The position numbers and the translations under genes were made by a program. Of a stretch of 64,000 bases of DNA, positions 9,335 to 18,043 are shown piece after piece (the first letter of the stretch is position 1; every line of letters starts with the position of its first letter). The notes beneath the pieces are model-generated. The model saw only the letters and a list, made by a program, of their open reading frames with translations, did not search any database and had not been told where the DNA came from. The DNA comes from Parcubacteria group bacterium. Its GTDB lineage: Bacteria; Patescibacteriota; Patescibacteriia; UBA2169. The stretch covers positions 35,320-99,319 of the forward strand of contig JACOYR010000004.1 in NCBI GenBank assembly GCA_016181765.1. The letters are read 5' to 3'.

Positions 9335-10023
9335 CTCGCCGCCTCCCCATGCTCGCACAGACGCATGGTGGAAACCGCCTCCGCCTGCACAGCCTGTTTG
9401 ACGCACGGGAGAACGAGGCGAAGCCTGAACCTGGCGAACCACACGAAGCCGAACTCGAACCGGTCGACGTCCACGTAAAGCCTCTCGCGGTCGCCGAAGT
9501 AGAAGAAGGCGATGAAGAAGTTTCCTCCCGACTTGAAGAGAAAGAACGTCGCATGCCCGTCGGTGCGGAGCCAGCCGCGGTACTTCCTGATAAAGCCCAC
9601 AATCTGGCTCTGGGTCAGGCAGAGGCGGCCGGTATCAGCGGAGACCGAGCCGAACATCTGGCCGAACGTCGCGTCGCGAGCCAGTCTATAGACAGCAACC
9701 GGCGCGGCTGCTGTCGGGCCGCTCGCCTCGTTCGCACCCCAGTTGACGAAGTCCGGGTCAATGCCGCCGGTAAAAAGGTCCGTGGCGCCGGGGATGGTCT
9801 CCTGCCCGTCCGTCTCGTCTATGACGAGCGTCTTGCCGCCGGAGATGAGGCGGAGAATGGGCTCGACCCCCAATGACCCGAACCGGCCTTCGTGGAATGC
9901 CTGCAGGGCAGCGAGCGCCCGCTCCGGATCGTACGGATACTCATCCTGCCCGAGCTGGCGCAGGATTTCTCCGAGCCGCCTGCTTGCGGTTCTCTGCTGA
10001 TCGCCGGTGAGAATGTATCCCAC
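9331..10023 (-). CDS. hypothetical protein resembling a CPR DGR target (variable C-terminus)
   Basis: GTG start with GGAGG SD; C-terminal FFIAFFYFGDRERLYVDVDRFEFGFVWFARFRLRLVLP built largely from NNC codons. Confidence 0.7.
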   Translation of the reverse strand: MGYILTGDQQRTASRRLGEILRQLGQDEYPYDPERALAALQAFHEGRFGSLGVEPILRLISGGKTLVIDETDGQETIPGATDLFTGGIDPDFVNWGANEASGPTAAAPVAVYRLARDATFGQMFGSVSADTGRLCLTQSQIVGFIRKYRGWLRTDGHATFFLFKSGGNFFIAFFYFGDRERLYVDVDRFEFGFVWFARFRLRLVLPCVKQAVQAEAVSTMRLCEHGEAAR

Positions 10024-10172
10024 GACAATCCTCCCTCTTGTAATGGCTTATACTCGCCAGCACCCCATGTGCCGACAAATACTCGCCGGTATGAAAAGAT
10101 CTACCACCCGTGAATAGCCACGGCGCTTCTGCCTCATTAATTGAGGCAATAATCTATAATACCACTTCCCCA

Positions 10173-11072
10173 CTACTTCGTCAAGTAGCGCCAGGCGCTA
10201 CGGAAAAACCACCACTGCTTTTGGACGGTTCCCGCCTGGCCGAATGACTGTCCTCCATGGTGGATGATGGACGTGCCGGGCCAGTACACTACTTTGAAGC
10301 CCGCACGCTTGGCGCGGCGGCAGAAATCAACCTCCTCAAACCAGATAAAGTACTTGTCATCCAGCGCTCCCACCCCCCCTTTGTCCCCCCCTCGGGCAGG
10401 GGGGGAAAGCTTTTCTATCGCACTGCGCCGGATGCACATAAACGCGCCCATGACCTGGTCCGCCTCTGACTCACGGGCATAGTCAAAATCTTTTGCCAGA
10501 TAATAATTCAACAAAGATGGAAACAGTTTGTACAGTTTGAAAAATATAATTGCGATGTCGCGCACACGCGGAAACCGCCGCACCGAGGGCTGGAGTGTGC
10601 CGTCCGGATTCAAGAGCTTGCATCCCAGAACGCCAATGGAGGTATCGCTCTCCATCTTATCAAACACCTTCTTGAGCGAGTTCTCGGTGAATTCGGTGTC
10701 CGGGTTCAGTAATAAAACATATTTCCCGGATGATTCTTTGATGGCGATATTGTTTGCCGCGGCAAAACCTAAATTTTTTGAATTACGAATCAGCTTGATT
10801 GTCATCCCGAGGGGGTATTCGCCCCCGAGGGATCCCTTGTACGTTCCATTTGCAGGCTGTAAGGGATTCCTCCACTCCGCTCGCCTTCGGCTCGCTTCGG
10901 TCGGAATGACATCAAAATTACTCTCCAGCATCTCCACTGTTCCATCGGATGACGCATTATCAACCACAATCACCTCAAAACCAACGCCTGCAGTATATGC
11001 ATATAAAGACTCCAGGCACTTCTCCAAAAGGCCTTTTACGTTCCAGGATATGATGATGACCGAGATATCCAT
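10173..11072 (-). CDS. GT2 glycosyltransferase with two in-frame palindromic inserts
   Basis: VDNASSDGT, NLGFAAANN, LNPD, MGAFM, FEEVDFC. Confidence 0.92.
   Translation of the reverse strand: MDISVIIISWNVKGLLEKCLESLYAYTAGVGFEVIVVDNASSDGTVEMLESNFDVIPTEASRRRAEWRNPLQPANGTYKGSLGGEYPLGMTIKLIRNSKNLGFAAANNIAIKESSGKYVLLLNPDTEFTENSLKKVFDKMESDTSIGVLGCKLLNPDGTLQPSVRRFPRVRDIAIIFFKLYKLFPSLLNYYLAKDFDYARESEADQVMGAFMCIRRSAIEKLSPPARGGDKGGVGALDDKYFIWFEEVDFCRRAKRAGFKVVYWPGTSIIHHGGQSFGQAGTVQKQWWFFRSAWRYLTK
10371..10407. repeat. family B hairpin in frame in GT2
   Basis: CACCCCCCCTTTGTCCCCCCCTCGGGCAGGGGGGGAA; encodes SPPARGGDKGG. Confidence 0.75.
10801..10910. repeat. family A variant palindrome (GTCATCCCGA...TCGGAATGAC) in frame in GT2
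   Basis: Terminal inverted repeats; encodes VIPTEASRRRAEWRNPLQPANGTYKGSLGGEYPLGMT. Confidence 0.8.
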
Positions 11073-11248
11073 ACACCAGCACAGTAGCATATTTCGGGAA
11101 TAAAGGGCATTAACCCTATGTTAGCTCCTCGGCTCGGAAATGAAAAGAGTACTTTTCATTTCACTCGCTCTACGTCGCTAATAAAAAAAGAGGCCGCCCG
11201 GAAAATCCGACCGAGCGGCCCTGCCTCACCTTTCCAGGCTTCATCGCG

Positions 11249-11377
11249 TCACCGCGAGATCGCCGCAAGCGCGACGATGAGCAAGAGCACGGCCACAAAG
11301 AGAACACCAGTGCCGCCGTAATGGCAGAACCAGCTGTCCAGCCAGTTCCATATTCTGTCGCATTTTCTGCATTCCAC
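11249..11377 (-). CDS. small single-TM protein (42 aa)
   Basis: GTG start after GGAGGTG; MECRKCDRIWNWLDSWFCHYGGTGVLFVAVLLLIVALAAISR. Confidence 0.55.
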   Translation of the reverse strand: MECRKCDRIWNWLDSWFCHYGGTGVLFVAVLLLIVALAAISR

Positions 11378-11412
11378 GGCTCACCTCCGCCTTGTGGGCT
11401 AATAAGGAAACC

Positions 11413-11577
11413 CTAGCTTCGGACATACACCGCGCCGGCGAAAAAGCCCGAGTAGATGAACGCCAAAAACCAGTACGGAACCCCGCCGGTGATTGTCTTG
11501 AAGACCGGCAATGAAAGGACGAAAAACACGGCCCACATTCCGGCCGTGATGGCCAGCTTCACGGTCCGCGCGCTCAT
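11413..11577 (-). CDS. small two-TM protein (54 aa)
   Basis: MSARTVKLAITAGMWAVFFVLSL...; ATGA coupling to the upstream ORF. Confidence 0.55.
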   Translation of the reverse strand: MSARTVKLAITAGMWAVFFVLSLPVFKTITGGVPYWFLAFIYSGFFAGAVYVRS

Positions 11578-11669
11578 CCCTGCCCCCTTTGCTGGCGAAT
11601 ATGGAACCTGCATACCAGCACGACGGCGACAAGCGCCGCCGAAATGGATATTACAAGCCAGGCATACAT
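11574..11669 (-). CDS. small single-TM protein (31 aa)
   Basis: GGGAGG SD; MYAWLVISISAALVAVVLVCRFHIRQQRGQG. Confidence 0.5.
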   Translation of the reverse strand: MYAWLVISISAALVAVVLVCRFHIRQQRGQG

Positions 11670-11773
11670 GGCTCAACCCTCCCTTTCTGACTAGAAATCC
11701 AGTTTCCTATCGCGCCCGTGCCGCCCATGCCCAGCAGAATACCGCCCGCGCACAGCATTATGGTGTTAGCCAA
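11651..11773 (-). CDS. small hydrophobic peptide (40 aa)
   Basis: GAGGAGG SD with TTG start; MANTIMLCAGGILLGMGGTGAIGNW... Confidence 0.4.
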   Translation of the reverse strand: MANTIMLCAGGILLGMGGTGAIGNWISSQKGRVEPCMPGL

Positions 11774-11929
11774 CGCTTGCCTCCTCGAGTGAAAGTCGCT
11801 TTTTCATTTCAAGGAGCAAAACCGCCTCCTCGGTATATAGTTACACTACCTCTAATTTTTGACTTTGCCAAGACAAAAGAGGTATGCTTGTATCAATCGT
11901 TCATATCCCCATTACGAAAGAGGAAACAG

Positions 11930-12172
11930 GTGGATAAACACGAACGAGAACGGCATTGCGAAACCGCGAAGCGGCTGTACGCAGGAAGGCGCGTAAGCGT
12001 CACGTCCCGGGACTTCACTGAACCAGTAGTGCTGGACGTGCTCCGCGCGAACTCCAACCGCGGGTGCCCGTTTCAAGAGTTGTACTCCTTGTACGGCATA
12101 GACGTGCCAGGAGGCTTTGTTCGGGAGGTGGGGTTCTGGGAGGGAGACACATGCATCAACGTCATCGGCTGA
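11930..12172 (+). CDS. hypothetical protein (80 aa)
   Basis: GAGGA SD with GTG start; followed by a GC hairpin at 12197-12228. Confidence 0.5.
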   Translation: MDKHERERHCETAKRLYAGRRVSVTSRDFTEPVVLDVLRANSNRGCPFQELYSLYGIDVPGGFVREVGFWEGDTCINVIG

Positions 12173-12230
12173 CCGCACGAATGCGGAAGCCAAAAAGGGC
12201 GGCTGCTCTCAAAGAGATGCGGCCGCCTCT

Positions 12231-12902
12231 TCACGTCAGGCTATGTTTTTGTTTGATCCGAGAAATAGCTGCCTGGTATTGTTTTACTTTTCTTCCAACG
12301 CCGAGTTTAGTCAAAAACGACGGCATCCAGGCGGACATGGTGCCGCCGGGCTTGACGGTAAACAGCGCCTCATCAATCCACTTCCCGACGTGCCCCTGCT
12401 CCAGCATAGTAAGCCACAAATCCCAATCTTGCAAGCGCTTGAGCGACTCGTCAAATCCCGGAAAGTGCTCCCGCCGCATAAGTGATGTGGTGTGGATATA
12501 GGGCATCTCGCGGAGCTTGTCCGCGCTGAACTCCCAGAGCCTGAACTTTTTCCATCCGAACTTGAATGATGAGTATGCGTACGACACACCCGGGTTCTCA
12601 TCAAGAACTTTTGACATTTTGGACAGCATGCCCGGCCGCATGACCACGTCCGCGTCGCAGAAGAGGATGTATTGGCCGGTTGATTCTTTGAACCCGCGAT
12701 TGCGCGCTGATGGAGCTCCTCTGTTCTCCTGCCGGATGACGCGAATGCTCGCGACATCGCTGACTGGCTCCCGCGACCCATCATCAACGATAATAATTTC
12801 AAAATTTTGAAATGTTTGATTTTTTATGGATTGCAAACATTGCGCAAGCTCTTTGGCGTGGTTATAGACGGGGATGATAATGGAAATTATGGGTGAGTTC
12901 AT
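12231..12902 (-). CDS. GT2 glycosyltransferase
   Basis: ISIIIPVYN, VDDGS, GAPSARNRG, CDAD, QDWDLW. Confidence 0.93.
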   Translation of the reverse strand: MNSPIISIIIPVYNHAKELAQCLQSIKNQTFQNFEIIIVDDGSREPVSDVASIRVIRQENRGAPSARNRGFKESTGQYILFCDADVVMRPGMLSKMSKVLDENPGVSYAYSSFKFGWKKFRLWEFSADKLREMPYIHTTSLMRREHFPGFDESLKRLQDWDLWLTMLEQGHVGKWIDEALFTVKPGGTMSAWMPSFLTKLGVGRKVKQYQAAISRIKQKHSLT

Positions 12903-13939
12903 ATTTCTGTTTTCTGATAACCGTTTTCTATCTGCGTAATAATTGCCTCCGCAATCTGCCCGATATTACCCGGCTCAACCAAAACGCCATTATCCCCCAC
13001 GGCCTCGGGCACGCCGCCCACGCGTGACCCTATGACGGGTTTATTAAACATCTGCGCTTCTTTGTACACAATGCCATAGCCCTCAAAATCATTGGGATCG
13101 TCTGTGGGGGTGAGTATAAAGCAATCGCAGGCCGAGAGCCAGGCATACTTCTCCTCATCGCTCACTTCGCCGGTGAACATAACGTGTCCGCCCCGGCTGG
13201 ACAGTTCCAGCTCCCGCCTCTCTGTTCCATCGCCGACCACCACGTACACGAGCTCCGGAACAATCTTCCAAACCTCGCGCAATGAGCGCAACACAACATC
13301 AATCCCCTTTCGCTTTACCAGGCGGCCGACCGAAAGCAGGATCGGCCGTGCGCCGAGCGCGTACTTTTGGCGGAGTTCGGCTGCATGCGCCCGGTAGCGG
13401 GCGGGGTCAACCTTCGGAACGCGCGGGTAAGAAACGCGCGCGCGTGAAGGGTCAATGCCGTATTTTAGAAGCAATTGGCTCGTTGCACGGCTGTTCGCAA
13501 TAATCTCGGAAGCTTCGCGCAGAATCCTTGATGCCCACCATCGCTTCCAGGCTGAACGCCGCGCCATCACCAAATCAAGGCCGTGCACGTACACGCGATA
13601 CGGAATTTTGAATCTCCACTTCCACCACAAGGCGGCATAGCCAATAGGCAGGATATGGGAAATCCAGAGATAATCAGGCCGACCACCCCCTAACCCCCTC
13701 CTGGATACAGGAGGGGGAATCGCGCGCCACAACAATGGCAGCCAGTGCGGCCACTTGTCCCAGAAATGCTCCTCGGCCCTCATGACCCGAACCAACTCGC
13801 GTGACGCGCCAACTTCGCCGGCGAGATAGGTCGCAACCCCGCCATATTTCGGGGCCCCCAGCGATTCCTGCGGAATCGTCTGGGGTAAACTCGGCGGGTA
13901 CTCAAGCGTGAGCAGCAAGGGATGTTTTCTGTTCGGCAT
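12899..13939 (-). CDS. GT4 glycosyltransferase with in-frame hairpin inserts
   Basis: VHGLD, VGRLVKRKG, EGYGIVYKEA, GGVPEAV. Confidence 0.92.
   Translation of the reverse strand: MPNRKHPLLLTLEYPPSLPQTIPQESLGAPKYGGVATYLAGEVGASRELVRVMRAEEHFWDKWPHWLPLLWRAIPPPVSRRGLGGGRPDYLWISHILPIGYAALWWKWRFKIPYRVYVHGLDLVMARRSAWKRWWASRILREASEIIANSRATSQLLLKYGIDPSRARVSYPRVPKVDPARYRAHAAELRQKYALGARPILLSVGRLVKRKGIDVVLRSLREVWKIVPELVYVVVGDGTERRELELSSRGGHVMFTGEVSDEEKYAWLSACDCFILTPTDDPNDFEGYGIVYKEAQMFNKPVIGSRVGGVPEAVGDNGVLVEPGNIGQIAEAIITQIENGYQKTEI
13682..13719. repeat. family B hairpin in frame in GT4
   Basis: ACCACCCCCTAACCCCCTCCTGGATACAGGAGGGGGAA; encodes PPPVSRRGLGGG. Confidence 0.75.
13838..13898. repeat. nested palindrome in frame in the GT4 N-terminal motif
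   Basis: CCCGCC...CCCCAGCGATTCC-tgc-GGAATCGTCTGGGG...GGCGGG; splits the YPP..GG motif. Confidence 0.7.
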
Positions 13940-13943
13940 AGCG

Positions 13944-15386
13944 CTAGCGGCTGACCACGGATTTGAGCCACTGCCAGTCCTCTGACGTGTACGCGCGCAG
14001 GAGGAGGAGCAGCATGCCGTACAAGATGATCGCAACCGGGATGATGATGAGGAACGAGTACTCGCCCCGCAGATAGAGCACTACTTGCCCCATGAGAGCG
14101 GACGCAGCAACAATTTTAACGAGGCTTACTGCGAACCGCGCCGTGAATGTGGGGACGATATGGCGCGAGCGCACCCAGCCCAAGAACACAATCAAGATGC
14201 TGCAGAAGAGCGAGGCGTACACAGCCCCTAAAAATCCGTACAGCGGAATCAGGATCAGGTTTAAGCCCACGAACGCGGTTAACTGGATGCACCGGTTTAC
14301 GGTGTTGGCGCGCTCGTTGCCGGTCGCGTTCAAGAGCGACCCGAACGGGAACTCAACGTACAAGAACACCACGGCCCAGATGAGTATCTTGAGCGCAGGA
14401 ATGGAAGCGCTAAACTCGGGCCAAATCACGGTGATGATGGGATCCGCGAGCAGGTAGATGCCCACCGCAATGGGCAGGCTCACCGAGAAGAGGAGCTGCA
14501 AAGTCCGGGAAAAGATTGACTGCAGGCGCTCCTCTGATTCAACCGCATAGCGCGACATGGCCGGGTACACGGCCGCGGTGATGGCGAGCGCCACAAACGG
14601 GAACGTGAACACGATTTTCGCGGGAATGGCGTACAGGCCGACTGCCTCATCACCCACTAAGTTCTTAATCAAAATTGAATCAATGGTGTTGTACGCCTTA
14701 ATGAACCCGGCAGCCAAAAAAAACGGGGCCGCGCGCTCCATCCACTCCCGCGCAAGGGGCACGTTAATGCGCAGCCGGAAATCCAATGTTGTTTTGCGCT
14801 TGATGAGCACTGCGGAAAATATGACGTGGAACAAGCTGCCTGCCCCGATCACCAGAAGCAATGCGCGCAAGTCGGATGTTTTGGAAACCACAAAAAGCCC
14901 TGCCCCAAAAATGATGATCTGGAATATAACCGTTCCAAGCGCTTCGTAGAACAGGTTCTGCCGGGCGCGGAATACGGCGTAAAAGTAGGCGGTGAACGCG
15001 TCCATCACCATGATGACCGAGGTGATGGCGAGCAGGATCCGCAGTTCGCGCCCGTACCCCAGGGCCAACGTTACTCCGTGGAGCGCCAAAATGGCGGCAA
15101 ACGCCAAAAACATCCGGATGCCGAAGAGCGCGGTAAAGCGCTCTTTCTGCTTTGCGGGGTCCTGGCTGAACGTGCGTATGGCGAGCGGCACAATCCCGAA
15201 GTCAGCCACCAGGGAAAAAAATGCGGCAAACGAGAGCGCGAAAATGTAGGCGCCGAGCAATTCGGGCCCCAGGGCGCGCGCGAGCACGCTGAAGTACCCA
15301 AAGGAAAGGATTTTTTGGAACACCAGAGCCGCGGTGTACACGGCGCCCGAACGGGCGACTTGTTTGGGGTGGTGCATCTGCGGCAT
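13944..15386 (-). CDS. Wzx-like polysaccharide flippase
   Basis: Many TM segments; ARALGPELLGAY, DFG, IDSILI..LVGDEAVGLY. Confidence 0.9.
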   Translation of the reverse strand: MPQMHHPKQVARSGAVYTAALVFQKILSFGYFSVLARALGPELLGAYIFALSFAAFFSLVADFGIVPLAIRTFSQDPAKQKERFTALFGIRMFLAFAAILALHGVTLALGYGRELRILLAITSVIMVMDAFTAYFYAVFRARQNLFYEALGTVIFQIIIFGAGLFVVSKTSDLRALLLVIGAGSLFHVIFSAVLIKRKTTLDFRLRINVPLAREWMERAAPFFLAAGFIKAYNTIDSILIKNLVGDEAVGLYAIPAKIVFTFPFVALAITAAVYPAMSRYAVESEERLQSIFSRTLQLLFSVSLPIAVGIYLLADPIITVIWPEFSASIPALKILIWAVVFLYVEFPFGSLLNATGNERANTVNRCIQLTAFVGLNLILIPLYGFLGAVYASLFCSILIVFLGWVRSRHIVPTFTARFAVSLVKIVAASALMGQVVLYLRGEYSFLIIIPVAIILYGMLLLLLRAYTSEDWQWLKSVVSR

Positions 15387-15414
15387 ACTGCTATACTAGC
15401 ACCTTTTTGAGAGA

Positions 15415-15849
15415 TTACCGCTTTGACCACTGCGGGCTGCGGCGCGCGCGCTTCTTGCCCGGCTTCTTGCGCTCCTTGACCCTGCGGTCAACCGTCATAA
15501 ATCCCGCGGCGCGCAGCGCGGGCTTTAATTCCGCGTTATGCGAAACGAGCGCGCGCGCAATGCCCAGGCGCACCGCTTCGGCTTGGCCGTGGGCTCCGCC
15601 CCCGAACACGGACGCGTTTACGTCGTAGGCCTTGTCCGTGCCCAGTGCGGAAAGCGAAGCCCGGGCGATGTCTGCAAGGTCAGGCCGCGGAAAGTAATCC
15701 GAAAGCTCGCGCTTGTTCACCACGAATTTTCCGCTGCCGCGCACGTAGAGCTGTACGGAGGCGCTGGCGCTCTTCCGGCGGCCGATGCCGCGGATGTACT
15801 TGCGGCCCTTAAACTGGTTCTTCTCGCTTGTCTTTTCTTCGGTAACCAT
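15415..15849 (-). CDS. rpsI: 30S ribosomal protein S9
   Basis: GRRKSA; ERKKPGKKRARRSPQWSKR. Confidence 0.97.
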   Translation of the reverse strand: MVTEEKTSEKNQFKGRKYIRGIGRRKSASASVQLYVRGSGKFVVNKRELSDYFPRPDLADIARASLSALGTDKAYDVNASVFGGGAHGQAEAVRLGIARALVSHNAELKPALRAAGFMTVDRRVKERKKPGKKRARRSPQWSKR

Positions 15850-15853
15850 CTTA

Positions 15854-16213
15854 TTATTCTTTCGCCCCTCTAATGGCTAATCGCTTGATCATGCTCTTGC
15901 GCAGGGAGTTCTTGGGCAGCATGCCGTACACGGCGCGCTTGAGCACTTCTTCGGGACGGCGGTTCAAAAGCTGGCGGAGGCTCTCGCTCCTCAAGCTCCC
16001 CGGGCGCCTGGTAGGGCGAAAGTAGAGCTTTTGGTCCATCTTGTCGCCGGTGATTCTCATCTTGGCGTAATTTTCAACCACCACGGCATCGCCGCAGTCT
16101 TGATACGGCACGTACGAAGCCTTGTTTTTTCCCATGAGCAGCCGGGCCGCCTGGGAGGCGATCCTGCCCAAGGGAATTCCGGATGCGTCTATGGTGTGGG
16201 TGGTGCGCTGCAT
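15854..16213 (-). CDS. rplM: 50S ribosomal protein L13
   Basis: IDASGIPLGRIAS, DCGDAVVV, AVYGMLPKN; start MQRTTH. Confidence 0.95.
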   Translation of the reverse strand: MQRTTHTIDASGIPLGRIASQAARLLMGKNKASYVPYQDCGDAVVVENYAKMRITGDKMDQKLYFRPTRRPGSLRSESLRQLLNRRPEEVLKRAVYGMLPKNSLRKSMIKRLAIRGAKE

Positions 16214-16232
16214 ATCGCTCGCTCTATGTCGC

Positions 16233-16583
16233 CTATACGAATGAAATGATAGCCTGCAGGCCGGAGTCGCCCGGCCGAGGGGTGGTTTTGCGGATCCGCA
16301 GGTACCCGCCCGGGCGGCCCTTATACTTGGGGCCGATAACCTCAAACAGCTTTTTGACGGCCCGCTTGTTGGCCAGGGAAATGACGGCCCTGCGGCGGCG
16401 CGCCACCGAATCGTCCGCGGCGCTCGTCACCAGTTTTTCCGCGTACGGGCGCAAAGCCTTTGCCTTTGCTTCCGTGGTTTCAATTGAATCGTACAGCACC
16501 AAGCTCGCCGCAAGCTGGCGCAAGAGCGCGCGCCGCTGCGAAGCGGTACTCCTCAATTTATTGGCTTTTTTCTGGTGCCGCAT
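16233..16583 (-). CDS. rplQ: 50S ribosomal protein L17
   Basis: MRHQ, IETTEAKAK, RPGGYLRI. Confidence 0.96.
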   Translation of the reverse strand: MRHQKKANKLRSTASQRRALLRQLAASLVLYDSIETTEAKAKALRPYAEKLVTSAADDSVARRRRAVISLANKRAVKKLFEVIGPKYKGRPGGYLRIRKTTPRPGDSGLQAIISFV

Positions 16584-16592
16584 ATCTGATGC

Positions 16593-17393
16593 TTATTCTT
16601 TGGCCTCCTCCTCTTTCGCGCCTGCTTCTCCGGATCCCGGCTCCTCTGGTTCGGCTTCATCCGCGGCTTCCGAATCATCATCACCGGATTCCATAAGCGC
16701 ATCAAATTCGCTCACCAGCTTAAAGTGGCCGGAAAGGATGCCCGCGGCCTGCTTAACCGCGTCCGAAACCGTAATCGTGCCGTTCGTTTCAATCTGCATG
16801 ATGATTTTATCGTAATCGGTCCGGTCCCCCACGCGCACGTTGTCCACCTGGTAGCCCACCTGGTGCACGGGCGTGAAGATAGAATCAATGGCAATGGCGT
16901 TCACCTCCAAGTGCTCCTCTTTGCCGCGCGATTCCACGGTGTCATACCCGCGGCCGGGCCGCACCCACAACGCCATATCCACGGACGCAGCTTTATCGGT
17001 GAGCGTCATGATGACTTGGTCCGGGTTCGCGATCTCAATGTCGCTCGACTTCTCAATGTCGCCGGCGGTCACGGCCTGCTCTCCGGAGACGTTCAGCTTG
17101 AGCAAAACGGACTCGTTTGAAAAACTTTTGAGGTTCACGCGCTTCAAATTCAGCGAGATGTCCACCACGTCTTCTTTTACGTACTCAATGCTCGTAAACT
17201 CATGGGTCGCGCCCTTGATCTTGAATGCGTAAATCGCGGCTCCAGGCAGGGATCCGAGGAGCACGCGCCGCAAGGCGTTGGCAAGGGTCGGGCCGTATCC
17301 CGGATACAGCGGCTCAATGGTGAGTTCGCCCGCAAACTCGCTGCCGTCTCTCGGCGCAACCTTTATTTTTTTGGGGAGTGGAATAGATTCCAT
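16593..17393 (-). CDS. rpoA: RNA polymerase alpha subunit (NTD only, acidic tail)
   Basis: EPLYPGYGPTLANALRRVLL, HEF, GRGY, IDSIFTPV, RVGDRTDYDK; 266 aa. Confidence 0.95.
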   Translation of the reverse strand: MESIPLPKKIKVAPRDGSEFAGELTIEPLYPGYGPTLANALRRVLLGSLPGAAIYAFKIKGATHEFTSIEYVKEDVVDISLNLKRVNLKSFSNESVLLKLNVSGEQAVTAGDIEKSSDIEIANPDQVIMTLTDKAASVDMALWVRPGRGYDTVESRGKEEHLEVNAIAIDSIFTPVHQVGYQVDNVRVGDRTDYDKIIMQIETNGTITVSDAVKQAAGILSGHFKLVSEFDALMESGDDDSEAADEAEPEEPGSGEAGAKEEEAKE

Positions 17394-17411
17394 AGCTGTA
17401 GTTTAAAAAAA

Positions 17412-18038
17412 TTATCTGGAGTAAAATTCAACGATTCTGCGGACGTTGATCTCGCGGCGCGGCTCGGTGACGTCGGGAAGAGCCACTACCGCGGCTTCGG
17501 CTTCGGCCGTGCGGCTAAGCCAGGAAGCGGGAGTGCGGTTGATTGCTTTCACTGCTTCCGAAAAACGCGGATTCTTCGCAACCCGGTCTATAACCGTGAT
17601 GGCGGCGCCCACAGGCACGAGCATGGAAGGGGTGCTCGCCTTTTTGCCGTTTACCCGAATGTGGCCGTGGTTCACCATCTGCCGCGCCGCGGGCCGCGTT
17701 TTTGCAAATCCCAGGCGGTACACCACGTTATCCAGCCTGCTTTCAAGCATGCCGAGCATCACGTCGCCCGTGTCCCCTTGGGCGCGGATGGCTTTTTGGT
17801 AGTAATTGCGGAACTGGCGCTCCAGAATGCCGTACATGCGCTTGGCTTTCTGTTTTTCCCGGAGCTGTATGCCGTAGTTGGAGACTTTGGCGCGCAAACC
17901 GCGCGGGCCGTGCATGCCCGGAAAATAGCTCTTGCGCGAAAGCGGCGATTTGGCGGTTCCGGCCTTATCCAAATCCGGGTGCAAATCAACCCCCTCTCTG
18001 CGCGAACGCTTGTATTTTGGCGATAGGTCTCGTGCCAT
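17412..18038 (-). CDS. rpsD: 30S ribosomal protein S4
   Basis: QLREKQKAKRMYG, LESRLDNVVYRLG, IVEFYSR. Confidence 0.97.
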   Translation of the reverse strand: MARDLSPKYKRSRREGVDLHPDLDKAGTAKSPLSRKSYFPGMHGPRGLRAKVSNYGIQLREKQKAKRMYGILERQFRNYYQKAIRAQGDTGDVMLGMLESRLDNVVYRLGFAKTRPAARQMVNHGHIRVNGKKASTPSMLVPVGAAITVIDRVAKNPRFSEAVKAINRTPASWLSRTAEAEAAVVALPDVTEPRREINVRRIVEFYSR

Positions 18039-18043
18039 ACTGG

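Noticed and set aside
11241-11426. 61-aa ORF from the track
   Set aside because: The alternative frame 11249-11377 has the SD and a TM helix.
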